A stretch of 35,648 bases of DNA from Vezdaea acicularis (Eukaryota): contig JAPEUI010000148.1 in the NCBI GenBank assembly GCA_026025075.1, positions 1 through 35,648 on the forward strand, given 5' to 3'. The notes under the pieces were generated by a model. The model had not been told where the DNA came from. It did no database searches and saw nothing but the letters and a program-made list of their open reading frames with translations. Position numbers and translations under genes: made by a program. Below, one piece after another: positions 27,819 through 35,648 of the stretch (within the stretch, counting starts at the first letter, position 1; each line of letters starts with the position of its first letter).

Positions 27819-30249
27819 ATGTCGAGCGTCCGAGCGTCTCCAGCTCCCCGTACCAGCCTTCGTGTGCCCGCCTCGGATGTCTCCCGAACCAGTGTCAGGG
27901 TTTGTTATAATTAGATATACCTCTTATAATCACGGGCTAATGAGGAACAGATGAGCTCAGCTAGAAATAATACTACACAGCCAACATACGACTTCTTAGC
28001 AGGAGGCTCAGGGACCCCACCGAGGGCGTCGAGGGAGCCGCGGAATGCGCTTCGACATTCGCAGACGAGAGATTCAGTAAAACCTGGTAGGACGGATGAA
28101 AGGGAAATTACATAAGTGGAGTCCTCTGACGCAGTGCAGATCCAGCGAATGAACAGCTTCGTGCTGAGATCAAGGCTCTTCAATATGAACTCTCGGCCAT
28201 CAAATCTGATCGGGAGCTTGTAGATCTGCGGCATGAAAATGAGCTAAGAGAAGTGCAAAATAGGGCTGAGGAGGACTTCAGGAAAGCTCAGGTTAGTTCC
28301 GTGGCCTCGAAAGCGTCAAAGTCAATTACTTAATATGCATCAGGCCGCTGAGGCTCATGACTACGTTGCATCACACAAGTACGAATCCCTTGTCAAGCAG
28401 CTCCACGAAACCCAAGACCAAGCCTCGAAGGACAAACAAGAACTTGAACAGAAGGTTCGGAGATCACAAAATCGAGCGCAAAGTCTCGAAGAGGAACTAG
28501 AGGAGGCGCAAACCGAACTCTCTTCGAAGGAACGGCAGGCAAAGCACCAACTTAGCGAGCTCGATCTGAGGTTTACGACCTTATTGAAGACGTCAAACAA
28601 ACTTCGTGACGAGCTCCAAGAGAAGTCAGCTACACTTCAAACAACACATGACAGGCTGGTAGCAAAGGAAAGGGAAGTGGGTGACCTAGAGGGAGAGATA
28701 TTACGTTTGAAGGCACAAAATGGAGACGCGGACACGCTCGGCGTCATCAAAAGAGAGCTATCTGAGCAAGTGGCACACATCAAACATCTGGAGTCGGCAA
28801 ATCGCGATCAGAACGCGGAGCTCAAGCACTATCGCAAGCTGCATAAGAGTGTTGAGGTTGTGGAGGAGGAAAAGCGGGTCCTGGAAGGGAAAGTTCGGAT
28901 GATGGATGATCTTCGAAGGGAACTTTCCGAGGCGCAATTGCAGAAGCAAATCCTTCTTGATGAGAGGAAATCATGGACGGCCTACCTGGAGGATGCCGCA
29001 TCGTCTGGGAATGAATTAGGTATATGGTCGCCCGAAGACATGGCAAGAGCGCTCAGTCAGGAGCGTTTGAAGAGGACTTCTCTATTGGAAAAGCTCGGAA
29101 ACGTCGAACTCGAGCTTGTAGAAAAAGACGAGATTATCAAGAGTCTAGAGACGGACTTGCTAAAGATTAAAGCCGAGGCAGACAAGCTTAAGTCTGGAGG
29201 AGGCCATGACCCTAAGAAACTTGCGCGAGTCGAAAGGCAAAAGGTCCTTGCTATCAAAGAAGTCGAATACCTTCGGGAGCAGCTGGTACTGAGCACCTCT
29301 CCTGTCCTCTTATATTTAGCTATATTTAGCTAACAAGCTATAGAAAACATTCGATACAGAAGAAACCACTTTTCAATCTGAATCTTTTGATGCACAGAAA
29401 GTCCAGCGCATCACAGAGCTAGAAAGCATAATCGATCAATATCGACAAGAAGTTGCTACTCTTATGTCAGACCTCTCCAAGCAGGAAGCCCTGCCCGTCG
29501 CAGTGGCAAACGGGACTAAGCGTCCCCGCGAAGAGGGACCAGACGAGCGTCTAGGCCAGCTCTCGAGGAAAATTCGCAAGCTGCAAGACGACAACTCCAA
29601 CCTCCAGCAAGCCTACAAGATAGCACAGAGTGAGCTATCCGCCCAGAAGTCTATCCTTGAATCTCAAACTTCGACTTCTCGTACCCGTATCCTTGAATTG
29701 CGCTCAAACCCTACGGCCATTGCCGAGGCCGTGAAGACATCTACCTTGCAGGCGCTCAAGTCCGAAAACGCTGCGCTCCTTGCTCAACTCGAAGGTCAGC
29801 CGAGCACCAAGATGGTTCCCGTTCAGACCCTTGAAAATACGCGCCGCGATCTTGCGGATATGGAGAAGGTTGTCGCGGAGAAGGAGAAGCGAATGATGCG
29901 CCTCAAGCAGATCTGGTCGTCGAAGTCTCTCGAGTTCCGCGAAGCAGTTGCATCAGTGCTAGGTTGGAAGATGGATTTCATGCCCAACGGTCGCGTGAAA
30001 GTTACCTCCATGTTCTACCCGTCGTCTGGAACCGATGGCGGTGACGGTCCGGGGGGCGACGAGAACAGTATCATCTTCGACGGCGAGCAAGGCACGATGA
30101 AGATCTCGGGCGGTCCGAAGAGCCTGTTTGCGCTCGAGATCAAGGAGATGATCAAGTTCTGGGTGGAGGGCAGAAAGGAGATTCCGTGTTTCCTTGCGGC
30201 ATGTACATTGGAGTTTTACGAGAAGACAACGCGTGCCGCGAGGATGTAG
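27819..30249 (+). CDS. MAD1: Spindle assembly checkpoint protein Mad1, about 738 aa; exons 27819-27899, 27951-28086, 28140-28291, 28344-29285, 29344-30249 (alternative start at 27951)
   Basis: QPTYDFL near the N-terminus; long coiled coil; Mad2-binding motif RILELRSNPT; RLK motif (RMMRLKQIW); C-terminal LGWKMDFMPNGRVKVTS...IPCFLAACTLEFYEK. Confidence 0.92.
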
Positions 30250-31968
30250 GAGTTGGAGGAGAAAGGCAGAGGGGCGGCGTTCGGGCAACACTTCAAAAAG
30301 GAGGGGCTATTCCGTGGGGACGCATAGGGATATTTCTTCTCGATCATCGGCTTGTATCATACACCAAGTGAAAGGGCGCAACAAGGGTGGTCTGATTTCT
30401 TTGTTGAAGGGGCAAGTCATCGCGCTGTATCTACTACTGTCTGTGTCGGGAGATACCAGGAGAGTGCAGGAGATTGGCACGACTCGGATACTATACCATA
30501 CTTTGATATCGTATTGATAGTATTTCCGTTGATTAGTCCATGCTCTGATGCGCCGTGATGACCGAAAGTAGACCAATCTCTCCAGACTGCCATGAACCCG
30601 CACAATCAATAACTGGCCACGCCGACCCTCAGCTAGCCCTGAGTCACGTGACCATCTGTAGATGAAATCGTGGGGAAAGTGCTAGGGCGGAGATCCCCAG
30701 TACTCCGCCGCAAAGACACGTTGGTCGACCATTACGACATGCTTCACTATCCTTGGACATCATTTCTACTGCCCTGCGTGGCGCCTGCAACAATACGCCA
30801 TCGAGGATGGTGCGTTGCCTGCTCTTACGATGCGTATGTTGTACGAACGTTAACTTATAGGCAGATATAGGTGCCCCAGCCACCGTAATATGCCCAGCAG
30901 AGTTTAACAACAGATATGATGGCTGGTAAATGGTAAACAAGCGTTGTAAAATATGCTTCGGGGAACACAATATTTTGGATAGGGTCCAGGATTTTGCAAT
31001 CCTTCTGTTCGGATGTTGCTGGGGAAAGACGAGGGCCAGCGTGAGGGCCGTGATGCCCAAAATAGCGTGGCTGGCTCGAAGAGGCAAGATAAGCGACTAT
31101 CGCGGCCGCCAAGAGGGCTGGGCCCCAGCACGAAAAGCAGCGATCAGCGCCAATCAAGCGCAGGTGTTCCTGGTGCATTGCATCACCCCGAAACTGTTGC
31201 CAGCCCGGCTTCTGCGCTTGACTCCTTTCAATTGCATCTGCCAACGTCCCCCCTTCCCATTTCATCAACTTCACTCTCTCACCATCCTGTTTTCGCCTCA
31301 TCTACAACTTGCACTACGTTTGCGTGGAACGAAGAAAAGATCAGATCTTGCCATCCACGTAACTGCGCCACGGGCCGCCGTAATCGTCTACGTTCGGCTA
31401 CAAGCCTGCCGAGCGCCATCCGATCGAGGTCTAGCCAACATTTCCAACGGCTGGACGAGAAGCTGAGAATTCCAAGATAGCCCCCCCCGCCACGATCTCT
31501 ACTGCACGACACTCCCACGCTTGGTGCCGAACGCCATAAACGACGTTGCGACTGCATCGACACATTACTCCGCCTACCTGTCCGGCATCTTCGTCTTGCT
31601 CCCTCTCTTATTTACAAGCCAACGCCTGATGCGCCGGAACTTAGCGCGCTGACAGGTTTTGCGCGGCCAGCCGAACTATCTCCCTCATCCACCTTCGATT
31701 CGAGACTTGGGACTGGTCTTCGACTATCACATCCTCGAAACTGACTCCGAAGGTCGAGTCTCGATCTCTCTTTAGTTCGGCGTCTGAACAGCACTTCGAC
31801 ACTCCATGCCGCCCAGTCCATCAACGACGGTATCAGTCTCGGCCTCTCCTTTCCGTCATCTGTCACCATCCCGCCTGCTGCGATTGACATCCATCCCATT
31901 GCCCTCTCGATCTCTTAACCGGTAGCCAGGGAGATTTCCAGTGCGGCTCTGCGTGGATAATCGCAAAG

Positions 31969-34281
31969 ATGGACACAGCGGGAGCTGTCCTCTTAGAGGC
32001 TCACCATCTATATGCTCGGAACTCCACATCGACACATCCTGATCAGAAGCAACGGCCGCCAGTCTACAAGGCTATCGGTATATCGCTTGCCATATCCTCT
32101 GGTCTTTTCATCGGCACATCATTCGTATTGAAGAAGAAGGGGCTGCTCAAAGCGAACGAGAAATACAATGAGGAGGCTGGTGAAGGTTATGGGTACCTCA
32201 AGAACGCCTTCTGGTGGACAGGAATGACCCTGATGATCATCGGAGAAATCTGCAATTTCGTCGCATACGCCTTCGTGGACGCGATTCTTGTAACACCACT
32301 TGGGGCCTTGTCTGTGGTCGTCACCACTATTCTATCCGCCATATTCTTGAAGGAACGCCTCAGTTTCGTCGGCAAGGTTGCGTGCTTTCTGTGCATCATC
32401 GGATCCGTCGTCATCGTCGTGAACGCTCCACAACAGTCGTCTGTGGCTGATATACAGCAGATGAAGGGCTTTGTCGTCGCACCCGGTTTCCTTTCCTACG
32501 CGGGTGTCGTGATTCTGGGATGCGCGTTCATTGCGATCTGGGCCGGCCCGAGGTACGGAAAGAAGAGTATGCTTGTTTATCTCAGTATCTGTAGTCTGAT
32601 CGGCGGCTTGAGCGTGGTCTCGACGCAAGGCCTCGGTTCCGCGATCATTGCTCAGGCCGGCGGAGAAGCTCAGTTCAACCAATGGTTCCTTTATCTTGTG
32701 CTAGTGTTTGTGATCACTACGCTGGTTACCGAGATTATATACCTTAACGTGAGTAGTTCTCTGATCTAAAACTCCGGCGCTCGATTACTGACGTGCGCTA
32801 TCTTACAGAAAGCACTCAACATCTTTAATGCTGCCCTCGTCACTCCAACCTATTACGTCTTCTTCACATCTTCTACGATTGTCACGTCCGCTATTCTATT
32901 TCGTGGTTTCAAGGGTACCGTGGTCGATATCATCAACGTGGTCATGGGATTTCTGATCATATGCGCTGGCGTCATTCTACTTCAACTCTCCAAATCGGCA
33001 AAGGACGTCCCCGATACAGCAGTATTTGCTGGCGATCTTGACCAAGTACGCACCGTTGCAGAACAAGAACAGCCAGAGAGCGAGCCAAAGGCCGATGCCA
33101 TCCGTGGCACTGCTGCGTTGATAAGGAGGATTTCAATGTCACGGAGAAAGATGGAAGAGGAGGAAGCCAAGCGTCTTCACGCAGAGAAACAGGCGTCGAT
33201 GGAATCGATTGGAGAAGACGAAGAGTTCGTCTGGGATGGCCTCAGGCGTAGGAGAACGACCCTTGGTGGCCCACACCCCGGTAGTCTCCGGAGAAGGAAA
33301 ACATTACATCCCCCTCTTGGCCTGACCAAGTTTCCAACGGAGAACGATGACGAGGAAGCACAGCGAAACCACAACCACGGAGATGAACACACGGGCCCTG
33401 CTATGGGCATCATAGGCAGCATCCGCAGCAGAGCGAAGAGCGCCTGGATTCCCGGCCAACGGAAAGACCTCGGCCGCGGCAACACCGACCCCAAGACCCC
33501 GACCGACCCTGTCCCCTTGGGAGACATTCACATCCCGCCCTACAAAGCCGAGGACCCGCACGGCTCCACTACCTCTTTCCCACCTATGCCGCGCTCCACC
33601 TCCAACTTCCAAGACGTCCCCCTCCCCCCTCCACACGCCCCCCACATCGCCTTCGACGCCTCAGGCGGAAGCTCCCGCATCTCCCCCCGCGGCTCCTCCG
33701 CCCGCCCCCTCACCGAAACCCTAAACGACCCCTCCCTCCCCCCGCGCTCCCAAGGCTCTCTCGCCCCCGACGAACCCCGCGGCTCCACCGCCAAGCGCCA
33801 ATTCAGCTTCCAGAACGTCTTCCACCGCAACCGCGAAGCCGGCCGCAAGTCTCGCGCCGAGAGCGAAGGCCGCCCCGCAAGCCGTATCGGCCTGCATAGC
33901 CGCCAAGGTAGCAGCAGTATGGCCAAATCCGCCGTCGCCGGTGGCAGCACCGAGGAAGAACGCCTCGGCCTCGTCAAAGGCGATAGCTCCGCTATGCTTC
34001 CTCTCCCGGACTATACCAGCGAAGAGGAAGGCTATGGCTCGGACGGCAAAGCCAAGATTACCCCCCCCTCAAGCGATGCGCCCACGGAGGGCCCCACAGA
34101 TGAGGAAAAGCTGTATGAAGACCGCCGCAAGAAATGGGCTGCCACCCGCGCGGCTGAGGAAAGCCCGAGTCCGCTTAAGCGCAAGCAGACGGAGGAAGAG
34201 CGCCGGAAGGATGACGCGGAGATGAAGGATTGGGAGAGGAGGCAGGGTCGTGGCCCGGATGATCCTGGGAGCTTCATCTAG
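31969..34281 (+). CDS. NIPA-family Mg2+ transporter with long disordered C-terminal tail, 750 aa; join(31969..32748,32809..34281)
   Basis: GLFIGTSFVLKKKGL, WWTGMTLMIIGEICNFVAYAF, LVTPLGALSV, IYLN|KALNIFNAALVTPTYYVFFTSSTI; GTGAGT..ACTGAC..CAG intron. Confidence 0.93.
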
Positions 34282-35023
34282 TTCTGCTGGTTCTCCTTTC
34301 TGACTCGGGTTGTAGGGGAGTGGGGGAGGGCGGGAGGTTTGTTTAGGTTTTGGGTTCTAAATGGTCATAGCAGGCGCATTTGTCCTCGGTTTCTCCTTTT
34401 TGTTTTAAAACACGTGGCTCTTTTTGTGGTACGTTTTCTGCATCCGCACATAGAGATTGGCTTTGGAACATGATCTGCCGGAACAACTGCGCTTCAGCTC
34501 TCCTTCCTCCCTCATCGCCTTTCTGGGTTTCTTGTATCACCTACAATCATACTCTCCGCGTACATAGTCGATAGACAAGTTCATCCACGAATTCCCTATC
34601 CGTCATCCCTGCTCTCCGCCATTTTTCTCTTGGTTGTGCTTGTGACTGCAATGGTTTTGAGAGTGGTAGGTGGGTAGGTGCCTGGTTGGGAGGTAGTGTA
34701 TTGTATGCTCTGGGTTGGCTTTTGGAAGTGGGTTCGTGGTGGTCGGTATGTGAAGGAATTTTTAGACGGGAGAGGATGGGGGAGGGTTGGTAGTGCGGGG
34801 TTAGGAGGGGAAGTTATGGCAGTTCGAGATGCAGGAGGAGACGCTAGCACAGAATCTGTGAACAGTGGTAAACGGAGAAGATGGGTATAGAGGAAGATAC
34901 ATGACGTAACAGAGGGTCTGGCCTAATGCCAAGGAAGGGGTGGACGCCAGAGACGCCCGAGAGACGCCAAGAATGTGAATATATGATGTGTTTGAAGCAA
35001 AGGAACCGTGTGCAATGCATCCA

Positions 35024-35648
35024 TCATCCAAGGACCTTCAGCCCACCCTTAGTCTTACTCTGCTTCTTATGAACACCCGCCCCGGTATCCGCCTGCGTCC
35101 CCTTGCCCTTGCCATTCTTCCCAAACTTGCCCCTCTTATGCGTACTCGGGGCGACAGGCCTGATCTCCGTGGTGCTCTTCCTGAGCAGCACGGGGTGACT
35201 CCCGATATACTTCCCCTGCATATCCCTAGCCGCTTGGAAATACTCTTCTCCGTCGCTAAAGCTGACGAAGCCGTAACCGCGACTCTTGCTACTGGTTTTG
35301 TCGCGCACGACCCGCGCTTTCTGGCACGAGGGGTATTTGGAGAAAGCTTTGAAGAGGGAGTCGTCGGTGACCTCGCCGGCGAGGTTGCCGACGAAGAGCC
35401 GGAAGTGTGCGGGGTCCCATTCGAGCAGGCTGGGGTCGGACCAGGTCTTGCCGCCGCCGCTGCGGACGACGGTCTTGCGCTTGCCGTCGGCGCCGGATAC
35501 GACGGCGGCGACGCCAGTGTCGGCGTTCGCGGCGGAGGTGATTGCTGAGCTGCTCATGGCCTCATCTGTGCGGCCGCCGAGGGGGCCGGCGTTGGCGCCG
35601 CTGGCGGAGGCAGGGCCTTCGCCGCTTGCGGTGCCGAAGCGTACGCCT
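35024..35648 (-). CDS. RBM42-like RRM RNA-binding protein, 5'-truncated by the window edge
   Basis: VVRSGGGKTWSDPSLLEWD, RNP2 LFVGNL, RNP1 RGYGFVSF, MQGKYIGSHPVLLRKS. The frame stays open from 35557 to the window end, so the true start is probably outside the window. Confidence 0.88.
   Translation of the reverse strand, partial: GVRFGTASGEGPASASGANAGPLGGRTDEAMSSSAITSAANADTGVAAVVSGADGKRKTVVRSGGGKTWSDPSLLEWDPAHFRLFVGNLAGEVTDDSLFKAFSKYPSCQKARVVRDKTSSKSRGYGFVSFSDGEEYFQAARDMQGKYIGSHPVLLRKSTTEIRPVAPSTHKRGKFGKNGKGKGTQADTGAGVHKKQSKTKGGLKVLG

Noticed and set aside
30555..30642. C/D-box snoRNA-like spacing (GTGATGA...CTGA, 88 nt)
   Set aside because: No terminal stem and no rRNA-complementary guide that I could recognise; a snoscan or Infernal run would be needed.
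30644..31899. Several overlapping 66-178 aa ORFs between MAD1 and NIPA
   Set aside because: They overlap on both strands, are Arg/Ser/Pro-rich and show no domain signature; consistent with a GC-rich promoter or leader.

Overview
Gene-dense genomic DNA from a filamentous ascomycete (Pezizomycotina-type genes; short 44-67 nt spliceosomal introns with CTRAY-like branch points). I reconstructed 12 protein-coding genes by hand: a secreted Gly/Ser-repeat GPI-type protein, a GTPBP1/2-like translational GTPase, ARO1, AP-2 sigma (APS2), listerin (LTN1/RKR1), XPD/RAD3, a Cak1/Csk1-like kinase, SYP1, a DUF4267-like membrane protein, MAD1, a NIPA Mg2+ transporter and a 5'-truncated RBM42-like RRM protein. 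No rRNA, tRNA or CRISPR was seen. Four signals are not shown by the ORF track. (1) A 183-bp MITE at 5908-6090 has 54-bp terminal inverted repeats, CAC...GTG ends and a 5-bp GACGG target-site duplication, the end signature of Transib/RAG-like elements. (2) A KIX-like domain is spliced onto the Cak1-like kinase through a GC-AG intron. (3) An intron in the GGSS-repeat gene looks derived from the repeat itself. (4) There are two GC-AG introns and one GAG acceptor. All exon boundaries are manual inferences, and family assignments come from motif recognition, not database searches.
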